Source of the DNA: Candidatus Woesearchaeota archaeon
GTDB lineage: Archaea > Nanobdellota > Nanobdellia > Woesearchaeales > DSVV01
Assembly (NCBI GenBank): GCA_018661705.1
Contig: JABJHR010000003.1
Span: forward strand, 601-64,600
Length of the DNA stretch: 64,000 nucleotides
Direction: 5' to 3'
The translations under genes and the position numbers were made by a program. The notes below the pieces were generated by a model. The model ran no database searches. It was not told the origin of the DNA and was given only the letters and a program-made list of their open reading frames with translations. The stretch's first letter is position 1, and every line of letters starts with the position of its first letter. Of this stretch, positions 38,916 through 49,205 are shown one piece after another.

Positions 38916-40253
38916 TTATTTCATGCCAGCAACAATCGCATTCTTAAACAAGGCTATTTTTGGTCCTCTATAACCCTTAACTTCAATTATTTCTTTTGAT
39001 AGCCACATGTTTTCAATAATTTTAAACATATTACCAATGAACATTCCTCCTTTGAATGGTTTTCTAATTATTTTGCCTGCTTTATTTTTCTCACTAATGT
39101 AACCTAACCTAATTTCAGCAGAAAAGTCACCAGAAATACTGTTAGGAACAAAACTAGAGAATGAAACAATCTCTACTAGAGGTAATGTTTGTTTTAAATT
39201 TTTCATACTCTTCTTACCACCATTAACTTCAACTGCCCCTAGTGCCCCTGTTGCCGTTATTCCTAAATAATCAGCATATTGTTTTGAAGCAAACCAATTC
39301 TTAAAAATACCTTTTTCAATTAATTTAACTTTTTTAGAGATAACACCATCCCCATCAAACAAAGAAGAAGTTGGATTAAGTTTTAATAATGGATTTGTAG
39401 ATATAGAAATTTTATCTCCTTTAAAATTAGCAATTTTTTTCTTAGGAGAGTAAACACATAATCCCATTTGTTTTATTTTTGCAGATGCATGCATAACTAA
39501 AGGACTTAAACCCAAATGGGGTGCAAAAAAATCAGCAGCCGCATCATCTGTTAAGACCACATTTCCTTTAAAACTATTAATAAGATCTGAATTTAAAACA
39601 TCTTCTACAATATTAACATTTTCTTTTACAAATTCCTTTGCATTAAATTGAGATAATGACGCATGTTCTTTCATTGCAACAAATTCTTGTTCTTGAACTT
39701 TTCCATCTGCCTTTTTAGCAGTTGTTAATGTTAATTCAACATAAAAACTAGTTTTTTCCTCTTTAAGATCAACACCATTACTATTAATTACATTTAATTT
39801 GAGATATGATCCTTGGAGTTCGAGATTATTTGGCTTGACATTATACTTCTTCAAATTAGTTCTAATTCCATTAGCAATTTTTCTAAGATTTTTTAATGGA
39901 CTTATCAATTTTTTATCCACGAGAATTAATTTTTTGGGCTTAGACTTTAATTCTGATTTTGTAGGTAAAGAAAATTTAGGTTTTCGAGAATAATCACAAA
40001 TAACTAATGCATCATCAATCATTTTATTTATAGATTTTTCATTAAATTCAACGATACTAAAACTACTCTCACCAATTTCCTCCCCATAGTCTTTATATAC
40101 AACAATCTCAATAGAAAACCTATCACCAATTAATTCTGATTCTGATTCAAGATTTTTTGTAAAATATAAATCTGTACTCTTGGAACTAATTACTTCTATT
40201 TTCCATCCAAAAATTTTTCTTTTTTGAAGTAATTGTTTTATTTTATTAATCAT
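38916..40253 (-). CDS. PmbA/TldE-family metalloprotease component.
   Basis: Length, adjacency to TldD and overall TldD/PmbA-like composition without the HExxxH motif. Confidence 0.55.
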   Translation of the reverse strand: MINKIKQLLQKRKIFGWKIEVISSKSTDLYFTKNLESESELIGDRFSIEIVVYKDYGEEIGESSFSIVEFNEKSINKMIDDALVICDYSRKPKFSLPTKSELKSKPKKLILVDKKLISPLKNLRKIANGIRTNLKKYNVKPNNLELQGSYLKLNVINSNGVDLKEEKTSFYVELTLTTAKKADGKVQEQEFVAMKEHASLSQFNAKEFVKENVNIVEDVLNSDLINSFKGNVVLTDDAAADFFAPHLGLSPLVMHASAKIKQMGLCVYSPKKKIANFKGDKISISTNPLLKLNPTSSLFDGDGVISKKVKLIEKGIFKNWFASKQYADYLGITATGALGAVEVNGGKKSMKNLKQTLPLVEIVSFSSFVPNSISGDFSAEIRLGYISEKNKAGKIIRKPFKGGMFIGNMFKIIENMWLSKEIIEVKGYRGPKIALFKNAIVAGMK

Positions 40254-40281
40254 TTTATTCAGTTTAATTATTTATGATAAA

Positions 40282-41730
40282 TTAAGCTAAATCAACTTCC
40301 TTTATCAACAAGTGTGGTCCTCCTTCCGATACCCTTACCCATTCTTTATGGCCTTTACCACATCTTCCCGTTCCAGGAACAATTAATTTATCACTAACTG
40401 CTTTAATATTCTTAAGTATTGTTGGAAGATAACCCGTCATTCCAATTTCATAAAATAATTCACCAGTTAACTTTCCATTCTTAATTTTCTCAGCAACAAC
40501 TCCTTGAATTTGAACATGCCATCCTTTTGGATCTTCCATCCCACCAGAAGAATTGTGTAAATAAAGCCCATCTTTAATACTTTTAATCATTTTACTAAGT
40601 TTTGCTTTTCCTGGTGCAAAATAAGTATTACTCATTCTTGCATAAGATTTATGATCATAACTTTCTGCTCTTGCATTTGCAGATCTCTTAACATTAATAC
40701 CTTCCATGCAAAGCCTAGAAGCAGAATACATATCTGTTATAGGTGCTTTAACAATTCCTTTTTTAATTAAATATGTTGGAGAGGCCATAACACCCTCGTC
40801 GTCAAAGAAAAAACTACCATTTCTTGCAGGAAAGGCAGGATTATCAATAATTGAAACAAATTTGGGGGCAATTTGTTTACCTAAAAATTCTTTTGCTTTA
40901 GCACGATCCTTATAGAGTGTATCTGATTCCATACCATGTCCAAAACTTTCATGAGCTAATAACCCAGATAAATGTGGACTTAAAATACAAGTATATTTTC
41001 CAGGGGTTAATTTTTTTGCTTTAGCAATTTTATAAGTGGTGTTAATTAATTTTTTAATCTTTTGTAAAGGAATTTTCGTTACTTCATAACCAGAAGAAAA
41101 GAAACTCTTATAATTATATCTTGTGTTGCCATCAATTGCTTTAATAAATGGCAAAGTCATAAGAAAACAGCTATTAATATTTTGAGAAAGTTGTTTATAT
41201 TGGTTAACAAATATTTTTAATTCTTGTTCTTCCATATACAGAACACGTGCATTAATTATTTTCCCACCAAGAATTTGTTTTTGTAATTTATTCACGGTTT
41301 CTGCTTTCTTTCTGATACTTATTTTGCCAGGATCTAGTTTTCCTTTCACAAGAAAATGTTTATTAATCTTTTTTTTACAAATGTTTAATCTAATTTTATT
41401 CAATGCTTTAATTTTTGATAACTTAACAGCTTCTTTTTCTAATCTTGGCTTATCAAGACCACTCATCCCAAAAACATGAAACTGTTCTCCATCAAATAAT
41501 CTTAGCTTAACACCAAAATCCATACCATTATCAATATTAATATCAACATTATCCTTGGAGATTGTTAAAGAATTCTCCTTAATTAGCAAGACATCAGCAT
41601 AATTGTTATTTTTAGTCATAATTCTAACTAACTTAAGAAAAAACTGTTTTACACCTAAGACTTCCTTTTTATTCATAGTTACACACCAAGAAGGGAAGTT
41701 TATATATTTTGTTGTACAATTGTGTGACAT
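40282..41730 (-). CDS. tldD: TldD-family zinc metalloprotease.
   Basis: LLAHESFGHGMESD (HExxGHxxE) and a C-terminal GG..G...I motif. Confidence 0.75.
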   Translation of the reverse strand: MSHNCTTKYINFPSWCVTMNKKEVLGVKQFFLKLVRIMTKNNNYADVLLIKENSLTISKDNVDINIDNGMDFGVKLRLFDGEQFHVFGMSGLDKPRLEKEAVKLSKIKALNKIRLNICKKKINKHFLVKGKLDPGKISIRKKAETVNKLQKQILGGKIINARVLYMEEQELKIFVNQYKQLSQNINSCFLMTLPFIKAIDGNTRYNYKSFFSSGYEVTKIPLQKIKKLINTTYKIAKAKKLTPGKYTCILSPHLSGLLAHESFGHGMESDTLYKDRAKAKEFLGKQIAPKFVSIIDNPAFPARNGSFFFDDEGVMASPTYLIKKGIVKAPITDMYSASRLCMEGINVKRSANARAESYDHKSYARMSNTYFAPGKAKLSKMIKSIKDGLYLHNSSGGMEDPKGWHVQIQGVVAEKIKNGKLTGELFYEIGMTGYLPTILKNIKAVSDKLIVPGTGRCGKGHKEWVRVSEGGPHLLIKEVDLA

Positions 41731-41774
41731 TTTTCACATTAAGATTTATATTTATTAAAGTAAATTAACAAGAA

Positions 41775-42305
41775 ATGAATAGTTCTAACTATGGATCTTC
41801 GCCAAAATATGATCAAAACAGCCCATTATCAAATAAAGATAGTGTGAAGAATAAAAAGGGTAATCATGAAGATGTTGAAGCAATAATAACTGAAGAGATA
41901 GTTAGAAAAAAAGTTTTAGAAGTAAACATATATGAAAAACATTATGGAAATGATAAATACACAAAATCAGAAACATATAGTATCCCATTAGAGGGATATG
42001 AAGAATTAATGTTAAAAGATTTATTAGATATGAGCCGTTTTTTCCCTGCAAAACATTTACATATTGAATCTATGCCTGATTATTTATTAGGATATACGGC
42101 AATTGGTTCACCAAATATATTCAGAAATTCAAGATTAATTCCTGGTAGTGAAAAAGCATATGAAGTTGATGTCCATGAAACAATACATACAAATGACGAA
42201 TTTGAGACAAGAGTATTAACATCATGGATATTAGATAATGATGTTAATAAGTATATGTTTGAGAGAGGTATTGTGCTAAAATATGATAAAGAAAAAATTA
42301 ATTAA
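41775..42305 (+). CDS. Hypothetical protein.
   Basis: 176-aa ORF. No motif recognised. Confidence 0.35.
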   Translation: MNSSNYGSSPKYDQNSPLSNKDSVKNKKGNHEDVEAIITEEIVRKKVLEVNIYEKHYGNDKYTKSETYSIPLEGYEELMLKDLLDMSRFFPAKHLHIESMPDYLLGYTAIGSPNIFRNSRLIPGSEKAYEVDVHETIHTNDEFETRVLTSWILDNDVNKYMFERGIVLKYDKEKIN

Positions 42306-42326
42306 AAAATTAAATTAAATAACTAA

Positions 42327-43070
42327 TTAATCATTTTCTACCCTTGGTGCTAGAATAAAGCTAAGCATGATTTTATCAACTGCTTTATAGTCCAGTCTTA
42401 AAGGATAGTCTTTGTTAAAGTTAATTTTGACTTCTGGAACTAGTTTGCCTGCATTCATCATTTTTTTCAAATATTCAATGCTGTATTTTGCTTTAATAAC
42501 TTCGCTGACATCACTCATAATTTTAACTTCTTCAGTTTCTTGTATGGCAATATTTGCTTCACTTAAGTCACTTTCGGCAGATATAACTAGTTTTTTCCCA
42601 TCAATCATAAAACTTACACTTTCTCCAATAATGTCTACATCCTCAACAGCATCACTTAATACATATGATGGGGCGGAGATAGTAATTGGAAAGTTCAAAT
42701 CAGGAACTTTTTGTTCTTTTTCTTCTAATTCAATGATTGGCAAGGAAAATGTTCTCTTACTTGCTCCTTGAAGAATTATTTTCAGTTTATTTTCATGTAC
42801 TTCTAAACTCAACATATCACTTGGCTTTGCTCTTCTTAGAACTTGCTTCAGATTGCTAAGATTAATTGCAATTTCTGTGTCTTCTTGCACATCATATTCA
42901 ACAAATGTACTTGATAACAGCTTAAAAACAACCATTGCTACGTTTGCTGGATCCATTGCAACTAGTTCAATTGCATTTTTAGTAATCTTAAATGTAGCTT
43001 CATTTACTAGTTCAGAAATTATTGATACGCTCTCTTTTAGATATTTTGGCTCTGCTAATGTTAATTTCAT
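42327..43070 (-). CDS. pcn: DNA polymerase sliding clamp PCNA.
   Basis: 247 aa. MKLTLAEPKYLKESVSIISELVNEATFKITKNAIELVAMDPANVAMVVFKL is the typical PCNA N-domain. Confidence 0.85.
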   Translation of the reverse strand: MKLTLAEPKYLKESVSIISELVNEATFKITKNAIELVAMDPANVAMVVFKLLSSTFVEYDVQEDTEIAINLSNLKQVLRRAKPSDMLSLEVHENKLKIILQGASKRTFSLPIIELEEKEQKVPDLNFPITISAPSYVLSDAVEDVDIIGESVSFMIDGKKLVISAESDLSEANIAIQETEEVKIMSDVSEVIKAKYSIEYLKKMMNAGKLVPEVKINFNKDYPLRLDYKAVDKIMLSFILAPRVEND

Positions 43071-43414
43071 CTTTTTAAACCCCCTTTGGACTATTAATTG
43101 TATTATTTTATATGTAAATCGTGAATGAATTCCTATATATAAAGATTTAGATTAATTTTCATAATAATATAATCTAATGTATACGATGCAAAATAGGTAA
43201 TTTAATATGCATAATGGATTGGTTTATTTAGAAATAGGGTTTTTAAGAGGTTTTTTTGATAAAAAAGAAATTTCCGAGGTTACATATCCTTCGGACCCAG
43301 TGTAGTGGTGATATGCAAAATAATACTCTTTAACACCGATGAATGCTCTTTTTTTCATGAATTTAAAAAATAAAATACACAATCAAAACAAATTATTCAG
43401 AAAAAATCAAAAAA

Positions 43415-44734
43415 CTAAGAAATATTAATTCGATCGCCATCATTAACCATTAAAATCTTCTTAACACCGCATTCTTCTGCTAATTCTTTCATTGCAATTT
43501 TCATATGATCTTCGCAATGTGCAGGTATTAATGACTCCGGTTTAATCATGTTAATTAAATCTCTTAAATCTTCTTTTGCAGCATGACCACTTACATGAAT
43601 ATCTTTAAAAATCCTTACGTGTTTTTTTCTAAGCTCATTTTCTAATGCTTCTCTTGCATCAATATTAATTTTATTTGGAATAACACTACATGAAAAAATA
43701 ACTGAATCATCTTTCTCTAGCTTAAAATCAAACTCACCCCTTGCAATTCTGCTCAAAACAGCTTTGCTTTCTCCCTGATGTCCTGTAACAACAATCAAAT
43801 ATTTGGATTTGTTTTTTTCAATTAATTTTAAAGCATTTTGAACTTTGCTACCATATTTTACAATTTTAACATCTTTAGAAAAATTAACAAGATTAACTTT
43901 TTCAGCCGCCATTACATATTTAGCTAAACTTCTTCCCAGTAAAATAACTTTTCTGTTAATTCTTTTTCCATAATCAATAATTGATTTTAATCTTGCAATA
44001 TGTGACGAGAAAGTTGTAACAATAATTGCATTATTACTAGATTCAATCCCTAACAACAAATCTTTTAACATTTGTCTTGCCACACTTTCTGAAGGTGTTT
44101 TCTTAGCATCATCTGCCCTTGTTGAATCACAAATTAATACTTTCACTCCTTTTTCTCCAATTTCCTTCAAACGTTTAAAATTTGGTTTTTTTCCTAAGAC
44201 TGGAAAACTATCAAACTTAAAATCATTACAATATACTAAGGTCCCATATTTAGTATGTAACGCAACCATAACCGCATGTGGTGTTGAATGAGTAGTATGA
44301 ATAAACTCAACAGTAACCTCCCCCATGTTATATTTTGCATTTGGAGAAAGTGATTTAATTCTGTTCATTAATTTAATTTTTTCATCTCTACAAATAGTTA
44401 GTACTAGTTCTTTGGTATAGGGGGTACAAAGTATTTCTGCATTAAAATCATTAGAAATAAAGGGTACAGCACCAACATGATCAAGATGTGCATGAGTTGG
44501 AATAATTGCAACAACTTTATCTTTCCAATCCTTAATTAATCCATTATCAGGAATTGCACCTTCTTTTACTAAAAGAGGAATTGGAATATTTTTAATATCT
44601 TCATCTTCAGTATATTCAATATATTTTGGCAAATAAAGCCCCATATCAATAATAAAAACTTGATCATCAACTTTAACGGCAGTCATATTTTTACCAATCT
44701 CATTATAACCACCAACTGCACAGATTTCTATCAT
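43415..44734 (-). CDS. rnj: Archaeal RNase J (beta-CASP MBL-fold ribonuclease).
   Basis: HAHLDHVGAVPF (HxHxDH), beta-CASP motifs, ~440 aa length typical of archaeal RNase J. Confidence 0.8.
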   Translation of the reverse strand: MIEICAVGGYNEIGKNMTAVKVDDQVFIIDMGLYLPKYIEYTEDEDIKNIPIPLLVKEGAIPDNGLIKDWKDKVVAIIPTHAHLDHVGAVPFISNDFNAEILCTPYTKELVLTICRDEKIKLMNRIKSLSPNAKYNMGEVTVEFIHTTHSTPHAVMVALHTKYGTLVYCNDFKFDSFPVLGKKPNFKRLKEIGEKGVKVLICDSTRADDAKKTPSESVARQMLKDLLLGIESSNNAIIVTTFSSHIARLKSIIDYGKRINRKVILLGRSLAKYVMAAEKVNLVNFSKDVKIVKYGSKVQNALKLIEKNKSKYLIVVTGHQGESKAVLSRIARGEFDFKLEKDDSVIFSCSVIPNKINIDAREALENELRKKHVRIFKDIHVSGHAAKEDLRDLINMIKPESLIPAHCEDHMKIAMKELAEECGVKKILMVNDGDRINIS

Positions 44735-44870
44735 GATTCAAACTATCAAACCTACATTTATAAATGTTATCAAAAGAGTAAAGTATATATGTAAGATAAT
44801 ATAGATTAATAAGAGATTACATGATATTAGACATAATTCCATTAATTGTACTAAAAAAGAGGAAAACTAA

Positions 44871-45029
44871 ATGAAACTTAAAAAAAGCAAAAAAGCAGCA
44901 CATATGTGGTTAGAAGAAACAAGTAAATGGGTTTATATTATTGCTATTATGATAGGTTTGTTAGCAATCTTATTGTATTTTACTAGAAAAAACATAATGA
45001 ATCTAGTTTCAAGAATTATTTTTGGATAA
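44871..45029 (+). CDS. Small (52 aa) membrane protein with a KKAAH-hydrophobic N-terminus, the same N-terminal motif as the 51532 gene.
   Basis: MKLKKSKKAAHMWLEETSKWVYIIAIMIGLLAILLYF. Not in the ORF track (<60 aa). It sits at the head of the pilin-like locus. Confidence 0.35.
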   Translation: MKLKKSKKAAHMWLEETSKWVYIIAIMIGLLAILLYFTRKNIMNLVSRIIFG

Positions 45030-45105
45030 AATATAACAAGTTAATTACATTGGCTTAATCCTATACATCATTCGTTAAAAATTATTAAAAAAAAGGAATT
45101 AAAAA

Positions 45106-45648
45106 ATGAAAACAAAAAGAGGTATGACTTTTATTAGTTGGATTGTGATTGCAATACTTTGTGTTGCGTTTATTATGTTTGCCCCAGTTATGGTTAACAA
45201 GGTATATGAATTAACAAAAAGGTTTGAACTACCTGATAATGCAGAACAAAATCTTCTTCAACACCAACAAGATCAAGAACAAAAAAGTAATGCAAAAAAA
45301 GCTTTTGAAGCAGGACAGTATAATGAAGCAACACAAGGTTATCAACAATTGATTGATAGAGATTCAAATGGAAAAGAAGTTCAAACATCGTTATTTGAAA
45401 TTGCTAAATCATTCTATGAAACAGATAAAAAAGATAAATCAATGATGTATTATAGATTATACGTCGATACTAGTCCAGGTTATAATTTTAAAGTTAAGAT
45501 TGCATATCAAGATTTATTATCAATTTACAAAGAAAAAGGTATGGGAACAGAAACAACTGCTTTATTAAATAAATTTAAAGAAACATACCCAGAAAGAGAA
45601 TTTGAATTTAATGAATTAAGTAAAAACATTCCAGGTGATGCAAAATGA
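45106..45648 (+). CDS. Class-III-signal-peptide (prepilin-like) protein with TPR-like repeats.
   Basis: MKTKRG|MTFISWIVIAILCVAFIMF is [KR][KR]G followed by a hydrophobic helix. AFEAGQYNEATQGYQQLI and FEIAKSFYETDKKDKSMMYYRLYV are TPR-like. Confidence 0.5.
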   Translation: MKTKRGMTFISWIVIAILCVAFIMFAPVMVNKVYELTKRFELPDNAEQNLLQHQQDQEQKSNAKKAFEAGQYNEATQGYQQLIDRDSNGKEVQTSLFEIAKSFYETDKKDKSMMYYRLYVDTSPGYNFKVKIAYQDLLSIYKEKGMGTETTALLNKFKETYPEREFEFNELSKNIPGDAK

Positions 45649-46034
45649 ATAGAATAATGAAGAAAAAAAACAATAAAGCTCAAGGTTTAAGCTTAAATAT
45701 GGTTGCTAGTTCAGTTATTGTTTTAGTTGTTATAATTGTTATTATTATTATTTTCACAGGCAAATTCTCATTATTTTCTGGAAGTATAAGTGCTTGTGAA
45801 TCAAAGCCAGGTGCAAAATGTGTTCAAGAAAATAATTGCCCAAGTACTGAAACAACACCCCATTATTTTTCACAAAAAATGGATTTTAAATGTCCAGATT
45901 CTAGCCAAGTTTGTTGTTATAGCCAATGTAAAGCAATTAGTGGAATTTGTAAACCAAGTTGTGGAAATCCAATAAATGATCAAGGACCAGCAGACTGTAA
46001 AGGAAATAATATCTGTTGTAAAGAAAGTTCATAA
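45645..46034 (+). CDS. Pilin-like protein with a 10-Cys C-terminal domain (paralog A).
   Basis: KKKNNKAQG|LSLNMVASSVIVLVVIIVIIIIF class-III-type N-terminus, then a SACESKPGAKCV ... CCYSQCKAISGICKPSCG Cys-rich module. Confidence 0.6.
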   Translation: MNRIMKKKNNKAQGLSLNMVASSVIVLVVIIVIIIIFTGKFSLFSGSISACESKPGAKCVQENNCPSTETTPHYFSQKMDFKCPDSSQVCCYSQCKAISGICKPSCGNPINDQGPADCKGNNICCKESS

Positions 46035-46042
46035 ACTAAACG

Positions 46043-46423
46043 GTGATAATAATGAATTTTAAAAAACAAAATAAAAAAGCACAAGGACTAAGCTTAAATA
46101 CGGTTGCAAGTGCAGTGATTGTTCTTGTAGTAATTATTGTAATCATAATTATTTTTACAGGTAAAGCATCACTTTTTTCAGGAAGCGTAAGTGCTTGTGA
46201 TTCAAAACCAGGTGCAAAATGTGTTCCAGAAACTGAATGTCCAAAAAAAGCTGACAATGTATTTTATTCACAGAAATTAGACTTTAAATGTGGAGATAAA
46301 GATCTTGTTTGTTGTTATAGCCAGTGTAAAGCAATCAGTGGGAAATGTGAACAAAAATGTAAACCAGATGATGATGATGTAGGTCCGGCAGATTGTATTG
46401 ATGGAGAAACATGTTGCAAATAG
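46043..46423 (+). CDS. Pilin-like protein with a 10-Cys C-terminal domain (paralog B).
   Basis: KKQNKKAQG|LSLNTVASAVIVLVVIIVIIIIF, with the Cys spacing conserved relative to paralog A (SACDSKPGAKCV ... CCYSQCKAISGKCEQKC). Confidence 0.6.
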   Translation: MIIMNFKKQNKKAQGLSLNTVASAVIVLVVIIVIIIIFTGKASLFSGSVSACDSKPGAKCVPETECPKKADNVFYSQKLDFKCGDKDLVCCYSQCKAISGKCEQKCKPDDDDVGPADCIDGETCCK

Positions 46424-46469
46424 GAATTAATCTTAATTTTTTTCAATAAAAATAATAACAGGTGAAAAC

Positions 46470-46760
46470 ATGTCAAAAAAAGCATTAAGTTTACCACAAA
46501 CCGCAATTGTAGTCTTTATTGTATTATTAGTTTTTTTAGGTTTAAGCCTTGTTTTTCAAGGAAAAGGGTATGCGTTTGTCCAAAAAAACATATTAGGGGC
46601 AGAAAAATGTATCACACCATTAGATTGTTCCACAAGCCTTAATCCAGGGGCTGGCGAAGATAATGACGGGAATGGAGTATATGATGGACAAATCACAACA
46701 AAAGAGGGTGTGGTTGATTGTGGTGCAGCAAATACTTGTATTATGGGAAACGCCCCTTAA
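46470..46760 (+). CDS. Small pilin-like secreted protein.
   Basis: MSKKA|LSLPQTAIVVFIVLLVFLGLSLVF, with 4 Cys in the mature part. Confidence 0.5.
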   Translation: MSKKALSLPQTAIVVFIVLLVFLGLSLVFQGKGYAFVQKNILGAEKCITPLDCSTSLNPGAGEDNDGNGVYDGQITTKEGVVDCGAANTCIMGNAP

Positions 46761-46852
46761 CAAACCCATGTAAAAAATTAAAGAACAAAAAACATTCAAA
46801 ATTTAATATTAAAATTTTCAATTAAAAAATAGAAAGTTAGTAAAAAAGTAAA

Positions 46853-49021
46853 ATGTTTAAAAAAAGAGGTACGATTGATATAGAATTCTTAGTTAATTTA
46901 ATTAGAGGTGTCTTGGTTTTATTTGTATTATTTATTATTGCAGCCTCTATTTACAGCATTTTTATTTCTGACAATAATCAAGAAAGAGTTTATGAAAATT
47001 TTTTAGGTTTTGTTGAAATTATTGAGTATATGCCACCAAACAGCCATTTAACATATGCACTTGATTTAGGTGATCCTGAACAATATTCTATTGTTGATAC
47101 AATTACTATGGGTGGACCAATAATTCCACAGGAAGAAACAAATGGTGAATGTAGATTTAAAGATTGTTTATGTTTGTGTGAGGGTGTTAGAAAAAATTGT
47201 GAAAATCCAAGATGTGTAAGAGTAACCTCAAAGATTGGTGCAAATATTGATGCAAATGAATTAGATTTACACCAATTTTGGTCCTCATCAAAAGATTATG
47301 TGGAAATAAATTATTCAGAAAAAGAAAAAGAAATGATCATGCCCGCAAGAGTATTACTAAGAAGAACAGGTAATGAAGTTGCGATTTGTAGATACATACC
47401 TGGGGAGCCGCAAGTTCATGATTCTTGTTTAAGAAGGTTTGATGCTTCAATTGCAGATAGAATGTTAGATGATCTTTCTCAATCATTAGAAAGGTGTGGA
47501 AAAAATAGTGCTGTTAGTAGTTTATTAACACCAATTATTGACGAAAAAACAAAACAACAAACATTTGTAGAAAATATTTATCAATTTGATTCTGATACAA
47601 ATCAAGTTTGTAGACTTGAGACACAAGAAGATAAATTAGAAAAATCAGATTGTCACAAATTAGATAAACAAATTATTCCTAAATGGAATTTAAAGAGTGA
47701 AGATGAAACATATGACACAAGAGAAAATTTAGGTTATATGTTTTTATACAAAACAGGCCCAGGTAGTAACTATATTGTAAATTGTGATGAGATAGAAGAT
47801 CCAAGTAAATTTAATGATTATTATGCGGAGATTAATACAGAAATAACCAATAATAAATATTCAGTAGGATCTGGTTTTTGTATTGATGGCGATACACAAC
47901 AATTTTTATCAACAGTTCAAGAATTTAACATTAATTTTGAAACACAATCTGCCCAGGGACCAGATGCAGACATAATTTGTTGTGAAACAGACATAGAAGA
48001 ATACTATAGTGAGGAGGAAAAAAGCTTTGGTTGTTTAGAATGGACAGACTTAAACAATTTAATGTGTTTAGATATCCCAACACCATACAAATCAAAATCA
48101 AACCCTGATTCAGTTCAATATTGGCAAGATCCTGAAACAAATAAAATTTCTCTAGCAATGAATTCTTGTTTAAATAACTTTAATATTCCAAATTCAGCAA
48201 TGTGTAAAGAGGAGTATGAAACAACACAATTATCCCAATTTCTAAACGAATTAAACAATAAAAATATTAAATTAAAAGCCTATCTCAGAGTTCATGATAA
48301 TAGCCAAGTATATTTTTCAAAAACAATTCCAATCAAAAGAATAATAAAAACTCCAGACGGTGAAGAACTAGATTATGAAACTAATAAAGAATTATTTTCA
48401 GAATCTGAAATTCAAGAGATAATTAAAATAGGTAATTTAAATGGCCTAGATTTAAAAGAATTAGAAATTTATTTTGATTCATACACTACAATTGATGAAG
48501 GAGATTATCTTTACCTCATGCCACAATTATTTGAAGATGAAAGTAATAAAAACATAAACAAGATTAGTTTAACAACAGGAGAGATAATGCCTTTGTATGA
48601 TGAAGAAGGTATGAAAACTAAACAACAAGTATTTATTAAAGAAGAAATTCAAGATTTAATTAAAACACAAGGAAATGTGATTTGTAGGGAAGAAATTGAA
48701 AACACTTTACCTGCAGAAGCAATAAACACAGAAACTGGAGAGATTGAAATTAGTGCAACAGGTTATAGCCTAGTTATTGAAAAAAATAAAGCATATATTG
48801 AATATGAGGGAGTTAAAGGAACAGATATTGTTTTACCAACAAATCTTGATTGTGTAATTTATACCTTTGCTCCTGGCAGTAATGAAGAATATAAGTTTGA
48901 GTCAAATGCTCCAAGAATTACAATAACACCCGCTGACCAAAACCCAAATCCTGAAATAGTTGATATTGGAATAGGAGAACCTTGTTTATGGCTAAAAAAG
49001 CCACATATTGAATTTAAATAA
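46853..49021 (+). CDS. Large (722 aa) pilin-like / pseudopilin protein, Cys- and acidic-rich.
   Basis: MFKKRG|TIDIEFLVNLIRGVLVLFVLFII is a canonical prepilin-type motif (Gly, Glu at +5, then a hydrophobic helix). Confidence 0.55.
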   Translation: MFKKRGTIDIEFLVNLIRGVLVLFVLFIIAASIYSIFISDNNQERVYENFLGFVEIIEYMPPNSHLTYALDLGDPEQYSIVDTITMGGPIIPQEETNGECRFKDCLCLCEGVRKNCENPRCVRVTSKIGANIDANELDLHQFWSSSKDYVEINYSEKEKEMIMPARVLLRRTGNEVAICRYIPGEPQVHDSCLRRFDASIADRMLDDLSQSLERCGKNSAVSSLLTPIIDEKTKQQTFVENIYQFDSDTNQVCRLETQEDKLEKSDCHKLDKQIIPKWNLKSEDETYDTRENLGYMFLYKTGPGSNYIVNCDEIEDPSKFNDYYAEINTEITNNKYSVGSGFCIDGDTQQFLSTVQEFNINFETQSAQGPDADIICCETDIEEYYSEEEKSFGCLEWTDLNNLMCLDIPTPYKSKSNPDSVQYWQDPETNKISLAMNSCLNNFNIPNSAMCKEEYETTQLSQFLNELNNKNIKLKAYLRVHDNSQVYFSKTIPIKRIIKTPDGEELDYETNKELFSESEIQEIIKIGNLNGLDLKELEIYFDSYTTIDEGDYLYLMPQLFEDESNKNINKISLTTGEIMPLYDEEGMKTKQQVFIKEEIQDLIKTQGNVICREEIENTLPAEAINTETGEIEISATGYSLVIEKNKAYIEYEGVKGTDIVLPTNLDCVIYTFAPGSNEEYKFESNAPRITITPADQNPNPEIVDIGIGEPCLWLKKPHIEFK

Positions 49022-49205
49022 CCCCTGATACATTTTATGCATTATTTAATTCACTAAATTTTATGTTTATTAATAAAGATCTTTTCTTTTAATAAGATTA
49101 TAGCATATAGTTATATTACCATTATACTCTTATATCATTATAATGTATTTTACTCTTAAAGACATGAAAAACTATATAAATCTATAAATTAATTGATTTA
49201 TATAC

